DNA from: Vicinamibacterales bacterium | Lineage (GTDB): Bacteria > Acidobacteriota > Vicinamibacteria > Vicinamibacterales > JAMQPK01 | Assembly (NCBI GenBank): GCA_963811435.1 | Contig: CAWERD010000006.1 | Span: 1,627,967-1,691,966 of the forward strand | Length of the DNA: 64,000 nt | Direction of reading: 5' to 3' | Part shown: one piece after another, positions 34,699-44,285 of the stretch | Layout: each line of letters starts with the position of its first letter | Numbering within the stretch: the stretch's first letter is position 1 | Made by a program: the position numbers and the translations under genes | The notes under the pieces: model-generated | Database searches by the model: none | Told to the model about the DNA's origin: nothing | What the model saw: only the letters and a program-made list of their open reading frames with translations

Positions 34699-37392
34699 AT
34701 GCCTACACAGGGTCCCGCCTCTCCGCCGGGACATGCACCCAGCGTCACGCCGGCCATGAGGCAGTACCTCGATGCGAAGCAGCAGTATCGCGATGCGATC
34801 CTGTTTTTTCGGATGGGTGATTTCTACGAGATGTTTTACGAAGACGCGCTCGTGGCCTCGCGCGCGCTCGATCTGACCCTCACCTCCCGCTCGAAGGACG
34901 GCCAGGGCACTTCGATCCCGATGTGCGGTGTGCCCCACCATGCCGCCGACACGTATCTCGCGCGTCTGGTCAAGAAAGGCTTCCGGGTCGCGATCTGCGA
35001 CCAGGTCGAAGACCCCAAAAAGGCCAAAGGAATCGTCAAGCGCGAGATCGTCCGCGTGGTCTCGCCAGGCACGCTGACCGATTCGCAGCACCTCGAAGAG
35101 CGGGCACCCGCTTTTCTGCTGGCGGTGGTGTTGGGGGACCCCGGTACAGTACGGGGGTCAGACCCCACCGTCGGGGCCACTGTCGGGGCGGCGCTGCTCG
35201 ATCTGACCACGGGCGAGTTTTCCTGCGCGGAATATTCGGGTACGGCGGGTCTGCAGGCACTCGCCGACGAAGTGCAGGTGCTGCGGCCGCGCGAAATCGT
35301 CGCGCCAATCGACCTCGATCTGGGGGGCGTGCTCATCGGCGGCGCCGCTGAACGGTTGCCGGTCACCCGCGTCGAGCCGTGGACCTTCGAGCACGAGTCG
35401 GCCCGCCGCACGCTCATCGACCAGTTCCGCACGAGCGGTCTCGAGGGATTCGGTCTCGACACCCACGCGCTTGCCGTGTCGGCGGCCGGCGCACTGCTTC
35501 ACTACCTGCGCGACACACAGAAGGCCGACCTCGCACATGTGCGGAGCATCTCGTACAAGACGTCGTCCGAGTGTCTGTTGATTGATGCCGTCACGCTCAA
35601 GCATCTCGAGGTCGTCGAATCGATGGAGGGCGGGCGCGACGGAACCCTGCTTCACGAGATCGATCGCACGGTGACGGCCATGGCCGGCCGCCTCTTGCGC
35701 GCCTGGCTGCTGCGGCCCCTCGTCTCGCTCGATCGCATTCGCGATCGTCTCGACGCCGTCGAGGAATTTGCGTTCCGCAGCACCGATCGCGGGAAGTTTC
35801 GCGATGTCTTGAAGTCGGTGCAGGATCTCGAGCGGCTCGTCGCGCGCGCGGCGCTCGGCACGGCGGGACCGCGCGATCTCGCCGGGCTCAAGCAGTCGAT
35901 CGCGGTCGTCCCGCGCGTGCGGCTCATCCTCGAGGCATGCGAGGCGCCGCTCACACGCTCGCTCGTGAGCTCCCTCGACGATCTGACAGACGTTCGCGAT
36001 GACATCGAACGCTGCCTCATCGAAGAGCCCGGCGCACTTGTTCGCGACGGGGGCTACATTCGCGACGGGCTCGACGCCGAGCTCGACGATCTGCGGCGCA
36101 TCAGCCGATCGGGCAAGCAGGTCATCGCCGAGCTCGAAGAACGCGAGCGGCAGCGCACGGGCATCGGCTCGCTGAAAGTGCGCTACAACCGCGTCTTCGG
36201 CTACTACATCGAGATCTCGAAATCGAACCTCCACGCTGTGCCGCCCGACTATCACCGCAAGCAGACGATCGCGGGTGGCGAGCGATTCATCACGCCGGCA
36301 CTCAAGGAATACGAAGAGAAGGTGCTGGGCGCGGACGAGCGGATTCTCGAACGCGAGATCGAGCTGTTCGAGGAGCTTCGCGGCCGCATCGCGGTCGAAG
36401 CCACGCGCATTCAGGAAACCGCGCGCGGGCTGGCGACGCTCGACATCCTCGCGGGTCTCGCCGAGACGGCTGCCCTCTCGAATTACATCAAACCCCACGT
36501 GCACGACAGCGACGAGCTGGCCATTGTCGATGGCCGGCATCCGGTGGTCGAACGGCGATGCCGCGGCGGGTTTGTGCCGAACGACACGATGCTCGACGGC
36601 ACGGCGAGTCAACTCGTGATCCTGACCGGCCCCAACATGGGCGGCAAGTCAACCTATCTCCGGCAGACCGCCCTCATCTGCCTCATGGCGCAAGCCGGTT
36701 CATTTGTACCCGCCACCCGCGCAAAGGTCGGCATCGTCGATCGCATTTACGCGCGCGTGGGCGCGTCCGACAACATCACCCGGGGTCAGTCGACGTTCAT
36801 GGTCGAAATGCAGGAGACGGCAAACATCCTGCACGGCGCCACATCGCGGAGCCTCGTCGTGCTCGACGAAATCGGGCGCGGCACGGCCACATTCGACGGT
36901 CTCAGCATCGCCTGGGCGGTCGCCGAGTATCTGGCCACCAGCCCGCATGGGCGGCCGAAGACGCTCTTCGCGACCCACTATCACGAGCTGACCGATCTGG
37001 CCGACGGCCTGCCCGGAGTCGTCAATGCGCATGTCGCCGCACGCGAGTGGCAGGACGACATCGTCTTCCTTCACAAGATCGTGCCCGGACGCTCAGATCG
37101 CAGCTACGGCATCCAGGTGGCACGGCTCGCCGGAATGCCCGCATCGGTGATCAGCCGGGCCCGGGCGATCCTGCAATCGCTGGAACATGACGAGCTGACA
37201 CGAGGCGGCCGGCCATCGATCAGCGGCACTCCATCGGAGCCGCAACAGCAACTCGGGTTGTTTCAAATGGCGCCGGCGGATCCAGCCGCCGAAAAGCTCG
37301 CGCAACACCTTCGCGCGCTCGATACGAACACCCTGACGCCGCTGCAGGCATTGACGCTGCTCGCAGAGCTGAAGCAGGAGCTCGATCGTTGA
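34699..37392 (+). CDS. mutS: DNA mismatch repair protein MutS
   Basis: ORF 34654..37392 trimmed to ATG 34699. Mismatch-binding TPAMRQYLDAKQQYRDAILFFRMGDFYEMFYEDA, Walker A GPNMGGKSTYLRQ, STFMVEMQE, DEIGRGTATFDG and THYHEL. Confidence 0.97.
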   Translation: MPTQGPASPPGHAPSVTPAMRQYLDAKQQYRDAILFFRMGDFYEMFYEDALVASRALDLTLTSRSKDGQGTSIPMCGVPHHAADTYLARLVKKGFRVAICDQVEDPKKAKGIVKREIVRVVSPGTLTDSQHLEERAPAFLLAVVLGDPGTVRGSDPTVGATVGAALLDLTTGEFSCAEYSGTAGLQALADEVQVLRPREIVAPIDLDLGGVLIGGAAERLPVTRVEPWTFEHESARRTLIDQFRTSGLEGFGLDTHALAVSAAGALLHYLRDTQKADLAHVRSISYKTSSECLLIDAVTLKHLEVVESMEGGRDGTLLHEIDRTVTAMAGRLLRAWLLRPLVSLDRIRDRLDAVEEFAFRSTDRGKFRDVLKSVQDLERLVARAALGTAGPRDLAGLKQSIAVVPRVRLILEACEAPLTRSLVSSLDDLTDVRDDIERCLIEEPGALVRDGGYIRDGLDAELDDLRRISRSGKQVIAELEERERQRTGIGSLKVRYNRVFGYYIEISKSNLHAVPPDYHRKQTIAGGERFITPALKEYEEKVLGADERILEREIELFEELRGRIAVEATRIQETARGLATLDILAGLAETAALSNYIKPHVHDSDELAIVDGRHPVVERRCRGGFVPNDTMLDGTASQLVILTGPNMGGKSTYLRQTALICLMAQAGSFVPATRAKVGIVDRIYARVGASDNITRGQSTFMVEMQETANILHGATSRSLVVLDEIGRGTATFDGLSIAWAVAEYLATSPHGRPKTLFATHYHELTDLADGLPGVVNAHVAAREWQDDIVFLHKIVPGRSDRSYGIQVARLAGMPASVISRARAILQSLEHDELTRGGRPSISGTPSEPQQQLGLFQMAPADPAAEKLAQHLRALDTNTLTPLQALTLLAELKQELDR
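35133..35170 (+). repeat. GGGTCAGACCCC-type element embedded in mutS coding sequence
   Basis: gggggaccccggtacagtacgggggtcagaccccaccg encodes GDPGTVRGSDPT inside the unusually long LAVV...GAALLDLTTGEF linker. Its 3' 16 nt are identical to the recN copy in coding orientation. Confidence 0.75.
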
Positions 37393-38896
37393 AGATCGTG
37401 GCGTCGGCGGTGGTACTGCTCCTTTCGCTCTCGTGCTCCCAGCCTGCGGCAGATCCGAGCGTCATTACCATCGCCATTCCCACCTCGCCAAACAACCTCG
37501 ATCCGCGCTTCGGCACCGACGAAAACTCTGCCCGGGCGCACGAACTGATCTTCAACGATCTGCTGAGGTGGGACGAGCAGACGCGCCTGGTGCCCGGGCT
37601 TGCCGAGTCCTGGGATACCGCCGACAACCAGACCTACCGAATCACGCTGCGGCAGGGCGTTCCGTTTCACGACGGGCACGAGATGACGTCGGCAGATGTG
37701 GTCTTCACGTTTGCCAGCATGCTGGATCCGGCGTTGGCGTCACCGTGGAGAGGCGCGCTTCGCGATCTGGAGTCGGTCGTCGCCGTCGATCGTTACACGG
37801 TTGATTTCATTCTCAAGCAGCCCTCCGGATCGTTTCTGCCGAATCTTGTCTTCAAGATCGTGCCGGCGGGAGCCACCCGCGATCTCCGGAACCATCCGAT
37901 TGGCACGGGACCTTACGCCTTCGTGTCATACGCCGTTGACGACCGGGTGGAGCTGCGCGCCTTCCGCGATTACTTCGGGGGGCTGCCGAGAAACAACGGC
38001 CTGGTCATGAAAGTGGTGCCCGACGACATCATGCGCGGCCTCGAGCTTCGCAAGCACACGTCGGATTTGATCGTCAACGACCTGGTTCCCGACATGGTCT
38101 ACCAGCTCGAGAAGGAAGGCCTGAGTCTCGCCAAATCGCCTGGTGTCGACTACCAGTATATCGGCTTCAATTTTCGCGATCCCGTTCTGCGGGACGTCAA
38201 GGTGCGACATGCCATCGGCCACGCTATCAATCGCCAGGCCATCGTCGATTACCTGCGCCGCGGTCTCGCGACAGTCGCCGACACCATGCTTCCGCCGACC
38301 AACTGGGCCTATGAGCCCGATGTGGTCGTGCTCGACTACGATCCCGGCCGGGCGAAAGCGCTGCTCGACGAGGCTGGCTATCCCGATCCGGACGGCGACG
38401 GTCCGCGGCCGCGCTTCTCGCTCTCTCTCAAGACGTCGACTGTCGAGTTCTACCGGCTGCAGGGAGCCGTCATTCAGCAGGACCTCCGCCAGGTCGGCAT
38501 CGAGATCGACGTGCGGTCCTACGAATTTGCAACGTTGTACGCCGATATCCTGAAGGGGAATTTTCAAATGTATTCGATGCAATGGGTGGGCGTCGCGCTC
38601 GCGGATCCCGACATCCTGCGCCGGGTCTTCCATTCGCAGCAGGTACCGCCCGGCGGCTTCAATCGCGGCTACTTCAATGATCCTGACGTCGATCGGCTCA
38701 TCGACAAAGCGTCTCAGGCAACCGACTATGAGACCCGGAAGCGACTGTACGGAGAAGTGCAGAAGTTGATTGCGCAGGCCGCGCCATACATCAGCTTATG
38801 GCACCGTACAACTTCGCATTGTCAGACTCACAGATACGCGGCATCCGGCTGTCGCCGCAAGGTGATTTCACGTTCCTCAGAAATGTTTCACGATAG
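37389..38896 (+). pseudogene. ABC transporter substrate-binding lipoprotein (peptide/nickel, family 5), one frameshift near 38805-38810
   Basis: TTG start overlaps the mutS stop. Lipobox LLSLSC and family-5 SBP features (ITIAIPTSPNNLDPRFGTDENS...). After ...APYISLW the conserved end YNFALSDSQIRGIRLSPQGDFTFLRNVSR* is in the +1 frame and stops at 38894-38896. Confidence 0.85.
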
Positions 38897-38915
38897 GCTG
38901 TAAAATTCCTCACGA

Positions 38916-39989
38916 ATGAAAAAGCGTTCTCGCTTCCTGCAGGTGCAGATCGAGCCCTTCACCGTCGAACCTGAGCTGAAAGCTGACGAACTTCTCGAGA
39001 AGATGGAGCGCATCTCGTTTCAGGGGCGCTCTCTTGGCATCGCCCACCGCGTCTGGCAGAAGATGCTGGGCGATGACGTCACGATCTTCATGGGCATGGC
39101 CGGCGCACTCAGCGCCGGCGGGTTGCGCATGGTGGTCGCCTATCTCATCGAGCACCGCTACGTCGACTGCCTCGTGTCGACGGGGGCGAATCTCTATCAC
39201 GACCTTCACGAGACACGTGGACGTCATCATTATCTCGGCTCGGCGCACGCCAATGACGCCGCCCTGGCCGAAGACCGCATCGATCGCGTCTACGACACGT
39301 ACGCGAGCGAAGAGGAGTTCTGCGACAACGACGTGTGGATTGGCGATTTCGTCGCATCGCTCGACGAGCGGCCGTATACGTCACGCGAGTTCCTCAACCG
39401 GCTCGGCGGCCACCTCTGGAGCGAGACCGGACAGAACGGCATCTTGACGGCGGCCTATCGCGCCGGTGTGCCGATCTTCTGCCCGGCGATTGCCGATTCA
39501 TCGATTGGCATGGGCTTGTCGCAGGGCCGCCACAAGAAGCCCGGCTCGGGCTACATCGACATCATCGGCGACATCATCGAGTCGGCGAATCTGGTGATTC
39601 GGCGACCCCGCACAGCCAGCGTCGTGCTGGGTGGCGGCACACCCAAGAATTTCATCAATCAGGCGAGCGTCCAGGCTGAGTTTTTCAGTCCGGCCGTTGG
39701 CGGACACAAATACGCCCTCCAGATCGTCACCGACGTGCCGCATTTCGGCGGAGCGTCCGGCTCGACACTCGAGGAAGCGCAGAGCTGGGGCAAGCTCGCG
39801 ACCGACGCCGCGCAGGTGACCGTTCATGCTGATGCCACAGTCGCGTTACCGATTCTCGCCACCGCACTGGCTCGCAGTTCCGCCGATCTCGCAAAGAAGC
39901 GCAAGCGCCTGACCATCGATCACAGCGCGCGCGAGATGGTGCTCGACGGCAAGCCCATCTCGCGTGAGAGGTTTGAGGAAACGGAATGA
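38916..39989 (+). CDS. deoxyhypusine synthase family protein (bacterial DHS-like / possible homospermidine synthase-type enzyme)
   Basis: 357 aa. ...FMGMAGALSAGGLR...DCLVSTGANLYHDLHE...SVVLGGGTPKNF...VPHFGGASGSTLEEAQSWGK fits the DHS fold pattern. Confidence 0.82.
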   Translation: MKKRSRFLQVQIEPFTVEPELKADELLEKMERISFQGRSLGIAHRVWQKMLGDDVTIFMGMAGALSAGGLRMVVAYLIEHRYVDCLVSTGANLYHDLHETRGRHHYLGSAHANDAALAEDRIDRVYDTYASEEEFCDNDVWIGDFVASLDERPYTSREFLNRLGGHLWSETGQNGILTAAYRAGVPIFCPAIADSSIGMGLSQGRHKKPGSGYIDIIGDIIESANLVIRRPRTASVVLGGGTPKNFINQASVQAEFFSPAVGGHKYALQIVTDVPHFGGASGSTLEEAQSWGKLATDAAQVTVHADATVALPILATALARSSADLAKKRKRLTIDHSAREMVLDGKPISRERFEETE

Positions 39990-40876
39990 GTGAGTGTCCG
40001 GTCTACTACGACCACATCCAACCGCTCGCGTTCGGCGGCACGCTGCCCACATCGCTGACCTTCGAAAACGCGAAGGCTGTCATTCTGCCGGTTCCACTCG
40101 AAAGCACCACGTCGTACGTGCCAGGTACACGCAATGGCCCGCGCGAAATTCTGGTGGCGTCAACTCACCTGGAGCTGTGGGACGAAGAGACCGGCACCGA
40201 CGTCCATCCTATCGGCATCTACACGTTGCCGGAGATGGAACTGCCCTTCGACGACATGGGCGAGATGATGGCGGAGATTCGCCGCGTGACGACGGCGATT
40301 CTCGAGCACGACAAGTTCCCCATCGTGCTGGGTGGCGAGCACTCGATTACATCGCCTGTAGTCGCCGCGATGGCTGACAAATATCCAAATCTGTCCGTGT
40401 TGCAGATCGACGCCCACGCCGATCTGCGCGACACATACATGGGGACGCGATTCAATCACGCCTGCGCCATGCGCCGTGTGCTCGAATACGCGCGCGGCAC
40501 GCAGGTGGGCATCCGAAGCCTGTCGACCGAAGAGGCCATGGCGGCGCCGGCGCTGCCCACAACGATCTTCTACGACGTGAGCATGCGCCAGAACGAGAAG
40601 TGGATCGAGCAGGTGGTCGAATCGCTCGGCGAGAACGTCTACATCACCATCGACGTCGACGGGCTGGATCCTGCCATCATGCCGGCGACGGGCACACCCG
40701 AGCCGGGCGGGTTGAGCTGGTACGAGCTGCTGTCGGTATTGCGCGCCGTCATCTCAGCGCGCACTGTGGTGGGTTGCGATATCGTCGAGCTGTCGCCGCT
40801 GCCGGGAGTCGCTGCGCCGAATTTCCTCTGCGCGAAGCTGATCTACAAGATCCTGACCTACCAGTTCATGAAGTGA
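39986..40876 (+). CDS. speB: agmatinase (ureohydrolase family)
   Basis: Mn-binding motifs GGEHSIT, QIDAHADLRD and ITIDVDGLDPA...TGTPEPGGLS. ATGA overlap with the DHS-like gene. Confidence 0.9.
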   Translation: MSECPVYYDHIQPLAFGGTLPTSLTFENAKAVILPVPLESTTSYVPGTRNGPREILVASTHLELWDEETGTDVHPIGIYTLPEMELPFDDMGEMMAEIRRVTTAILEHDKFPIVLGGEHSITSPVVAAMADKYPNLSVLQIDAHADLRDTYMGTRFNHACAMRRVLEYARGTQVGIRSLSTEEAMAAPALPTTIFYDVSMRQNEKWIEQVVESLGENVYITIDVDGLDPAIMPATGTPEPGGLSWYELLSVLRAVISARTVVGCDIVELSPLPGVAAPNFLCAKLIYKILTYQFMK

Positions 40877-40930
40877 AACCAACAGAAGATCAGAAGGTCA
40901 GAAGAATTCTTTTCAAGGGTTCAAGCAGTA

Positions 40931-40956
40931 GGCGGGTCCAACGAGCAGGACCCGCC
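40931..40956. terminator. hairpin ggcgggtcc-aacgagca-ggacccgcc between convergent speB and TPR genes
   Basis: Perfect 9-bp GC-rich stem. It is preceded (40883-40906) by cagaagat cagaaggt cagaagaa octamer repeats. Confidence 0.5.
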
Positions 40957-40989
40957 CTACGTGGGCCGGGCCTTGCTGTTTAGACCCGG

Positions 40990-41712
40990 CTAAGTTCCTT
41001 CGGCGAGAATCTTCTTCGCTTCGTCGATGTACGGCGATTCCGGGAAATCTGCAATTACCTTGTCGAGCGTCTGCTTCGCTTCGGCCTTTTTCCCGGCGGC
41101 CGCTTGAACGCGACCAAGCTCCATCAACAGCGCGTCGCGCGGCATCGTTTCGTCGGCCGTGTTGTTCACGAGCGCCTGTGCCGCGCTGATGGCCCGGTCG
41201 TACTGCTTGGCCTGCGTGTTCGCCTCAACGACGCCGAGTTGTGCGACGCGGCCGTAGAAGCTGTTGGTGCCCGCTCGATCGACAACTTCCTGATAGCGCG
41301 TCGCGGCGTCGGCATGGCGTCCGAGCATGGCGAGCGCGCCGGCTGCGTAATAGCGCGCCGCAATGCCGGCGTCCGTCGAGGGATAGCTGTTGAACACCTC
41401 GGTGAACTTGGCCAGCCCTGCCTCGGCACGCGCCTGAATGGTGGGATAGCTGCCGGCCTGGGGCTTCGCACCCGGCTTGGCATCCTGTATCGGCGACTGC
41501 ACGATGACGATGGCATCGCCAAGCAGCATTTGGGCGCGATTCTCGCTGCGCGTCTTCCACGCCCAGTAGCCGCCGCCAATCACGAGCACGACGAGGAGGA
41601 GACCCCCGACGAGCGACACCGTGCTCCGATTCTGTTCCAAGCGCTCCCTGGCGTCGGTGAGCGCGTGAGTTAGTTCGTTTTCCTTGAGACGATGGCGTTC
41701 TGAACCCTTCAT
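40990..41712 (-). CDS. membrane-anchored tetratricopeptide-repeat protein (YfgM-like architecture)
   Basis: 240 aa. N-terminal cytoplasmic stretch, a single TM (VSLVGGLLLVVLVIGGGYWAW) and TPR-like C-terminal repeats. Confidence 0.75.
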   Translation of the reverse strand: MKGSERHRLKENELTHALTDARERLEQNRSTVSLVGGLLLVVLVIGGGYWAWKTRSENRAQMLLGDAIVIVQSPIQDAKPGAKPQAGSYPTIQARAEAGLAKFTEVFNSYPSTDAGIAARYYAAGALAMLGRHADAATRYQEVVDRAGTNSFYGRVAQLGVVEANTQAKQYDRAISAAQALVNNTADETMPRDALLMELGRVQAAAGKKAEAKQTLDKVIADFPESPYIDEAKKILAEGT

Positions 41713-41778
41713 AGGCGGGTCATTATATCCCCTCTAGGCAGGATAACTTTCCGGCCGATAAACGGATAGGATTAGACA

Positions 41779-43173
41779 GTGACCGAACATCATCTGGCGG
41801 GTGTCGGCCGGATGCGTTTTCGGACGTGGCCGGTCGTCGCGGTCGCGTTGCTGGGCCTGCTCGGGCTCATCGTCGTGTCGATCCTTGCCGTGCAGCGCAA
41901 GGCCGACATCGCTTACGCCCATCTGGAAAACCTCAACGCCCAATACCGCGCCATCGAGACACGACTGCGGCGCGTTCGAACCGACCTGCATCTGTCGGGT
42001 ATTCTCGCGCGCGACTATCTGCTCGACACGACGACCCCTGCGGCCGATTATCGCTCTCGGCTCCTCGCGTACCGGACCGAAAGCGACAGGATGCTCAGCG
42101 AGCTCGAGCCCCTGCTCCGCGTCAGCGACCCGACACGCTTTGACAGGTTGCGACACGAGCTCAACGAATACTGGAGCTCGTACGCTCCCCTGTTTGACGG
42201 AACAACCGTGGTGGTCGACCGCTACGGCTTTCTGCGCCGCGAGATCGTGCCGCGGCGCGATGCCGTCATGAATATCTCCGCCGAAATCGAAGAGTTGAAC
42301 AACCGCAACCTCTACGCACAGCAGCTCGCCGCGGCCGAGCGGCAGCGCGAGCTGCACCAGTACCTGACGCGGACGCTTGCGGCGAGCCTCGCGCTGGGCC
42401 TGGTCGTCGCGATCATCGCAGTGATTCGCATTCGCGTGCTCGAAGGCCGCTCGGAGCAGCAGCACGGCCGTACGCAGCAGGCCGAACAGGAATTGCGGCG
42501 GCTCTCCAATCAGCTCGTGAGAACGCAGGAGGAGGAACGCAAGAGCCTCTCACGTGAGCTGCACGACGAGCTCGGGCAGATGCTGACGGCGCTCAGAATG
42601 GAAATGGGCCGCAGCGAACGGGCGCAGGCGCTCGGCAGTCCGACCTTTACGGCCACAATGAGCGAGAGCAAGGCGCTGGTCGATCGCATGATGCGGATGG
42701 TCCGCGATCTCGCCATGGGATTGCGACCCAGCATGCTCGACGACCTCGGTCTCGAGCCGGCACTGGCCTGGCAGGCGCGCGAGTTCTCGCGCCGCTACAA
42801 CGTACCCGTGGACCTGTCGGTCGAGGGCGACCTCGAGCGGCTGCCGGATCCGCAGCGCACGTGCGTGTATCGTGTCGTTCAGGAAGCGCTGACCAACTGC
42901 GCCAAGCACTCGGCCGCTACGGAAATTCAGGTACAGGTGGTTCGCGGACGTTCACGCCTCGACGTGTCGGTTCGTGACAACGGTGTCGGCATGGCCCCGG
43001 AATTGGGTCACAAGGGTCTCGGGCTGACCGGCATCAAGGAACGCGTCAAGGACATCAACGGATCAACGTCCATTCAAACCAGACCTGGCGGCGGAACCGT
43101 GGTTCACATCACGCTGCCGGTGCCGGCTGCAGACAGCAGCAAGGAGGACCTCGTTGCGAATAGTGCTCGGTGA
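41779..43173 (+). CDS. sensor histidine kinase (HisKA_3 / NarX-DegS type)
   Basis: Two TM segments flank a periplasmic helical domain. H-box EEERKSLSRELHDELGQMLTAL. HATPase_c VQEALTNCAKH, VRDNGVGM and GLGLTGIKERV. Confidence 0.88.
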   Translation: MTEHHLAGVGRMRFRTWPVVAVALLGLLGLIVVSILAVQRKADIAYAHLENLNAQYRAIETRLRRVRTDLHLSGILARDYLLDTTTPAADYRSRLLAYRTESDRMLSELEPLLRVSDPTRFDRLRHELNEYWSSYAPLFDGTTVVVDRYGFLRREIVPRRDAVMNISAEIEELNNRNLYAQQLAAAERQRELHQYLTRTLAASLALGLVVAIIAVIRIRVLEGRSEQQHGRTQQAEQELRRLSNQLVRTQEEERKSLSRELHDELGQMLTALRMEMGRSERAQALGSPTFTATMSESKALVDRMMRMVRDLAMGLRPSMLDDLGLEPALAWQAREFSRRYNVPVDLSVEGDLERLPDPQRTCVYRVVQEALTNCAKHSAATEIQVQVVRGRSRLDVSVRDNGVGMAPELGHKGLGLTGIKERVKDINGSTSIQTRPGGGTVVHITLPVPAADSSKEDLVANSAR

Positions 43174-43795
43174 TGATCATGGAATTGTGCGGCGCGGGCT
43201 GAAAGCGCTGCTCGACGCGGAAGACGACATCGAAGTCGTCGGCGAAGCCGGTGACGGCCTGGAAGCGCTGCGGATGTGCGAAACACATCGTCCCGACGTG
43301 GCGATCCTCGATATCGCCATGCCGCGGCTGAACGGCATCGATGTCGCGGAGCGCGCGATCAAGCATCAGCCGCAGTTGAAGGTCGTGTTCCTCAGCATGT
43401 ATGCCGACGAATCGTACGTACTGAGGGCCCTGTCGGCGGGGGCGCGGGGCTATCTGCTGAAGGAATCGACCGAGCAGGATCTTTTGCCCGCACTGCGGAC
43501 GATCAGCCAGGGTCGGCCGTATTTCAGCCCGACCATTTCCGCCATGCTGCTGTCCGATTACATGCGCCATCTCCAGCAGCGCGGCCAGGAAGATTCGTAT
43601 CGGTTGCTGACCGACCGCGAAAAGGAAGTGCTGCAACTGCTGGCCGAAGGTCGGACGAACAAGGAGGTCGCGAGCATTCTCGAGGTGGGCGTATCAACGG
43701 TCGAGACGCATCGCGCGAACCTGATGCAGAAGCTCGGGCTGCACAACACGGCCGAAATCGTGTTGTACGCGGTCCGAAAGAGCCTCGTGTCGTAG
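43154..43795 (+). CDS. response regulator, NarL/LuxR family
   Basis: Receiver domain (MRIVLGDDHGIVRRGL...PDVAILDIAMPRLNG) plus LuxR HTH (LTDREKEVLQLLAEGRTNKEVASILEVGVSTVETHRANLMQKLG). aaggagga SD upstream of the TTG start. Confidence 0.92.
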   Translation: MRIVLGDDHGIVRRGLKALLDAEDDIEVVGEAGDGLEALRMCETHRPDVAILDIAMPRLNGIDVAERAIKHQPQLKVVFLSMYADESYVLRALSAGARGYLLKESTEQDLLPALRTISQGRPYFSPTISAMLLSDYMRHLQQRGQEDSYRLLTDREKEVLQLLAEGRTNKEVASILEVGVSTVETHRANLMQKLGLHNTAEIVLYAVRKSLVS

Positions 43796-43856
43796 GACGC
43801 ACACCCGACTGAGCCGTGCAAGGTGCGGCTTTCGCATTCACCAGTGGAGTTCACGA

Positions 43857-44285
43857 ATGCGACACCCGCACCTTGTCTTTGCAGCGCTGGCGCTTCTCTT
43901 CGCTATCGGGTGCTGCCCGTCAAAAAGTCAGCAAACGGGCGCGCCTGTGGTCTTCACCGCCACCATCGCCCAGGGCGCCAAGGCGGTTCACGATTTCGTG
44001 CCGCCCCCTCAAACGACCCAGTCGGATCTCATTCTCACGTGGACGTCTGGCGATCTGCGGCTGTCGGAGCTTGTCCCGACATGCCCGGCTGGAGACGAGG
44101 ACCACTGCGCACGGCTGAGCGATCCTGTTGAAGCCGTGCCATCGGTCTCGCGCGTCATTCGCAACATTGCCACGAACCAGCGGCCCGAAAATCGCCTGCG
44201 GATGAAGTTTCTGATCGAGAACTCGTCGGACGAATCCACCAGCTACACGCTAACCATTGTGCCCAAGAGCGCCGGCTGCACGTAG
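43857..44285 (+). CDS. hypothetical lipoprotein
   Basis: 142 aa with lipobox LFAIGCC. No recognisable domain. Its 3' end overlaps the pilT 3' end by 36 nt (convergent). Confidence 0.55.
   Translation: MRHPHLVFAALALLFAIGCCPSKSQQTGAPVVFTATIAQGAKAVHDFVPPPQTTQSDLILTWTSGDLRLSELVPTCPAGDEDHCARLSDPVEAVPSVSRVIRNIATNQRPENRLRMKFLIENSSDESTSYTLTIVPKSAGCT

Noticed and set aside
35158-36612. 484-aa minus-strand ORF
   Set aside because: It is the antisense shadow of mutS, with no recognisable domain.
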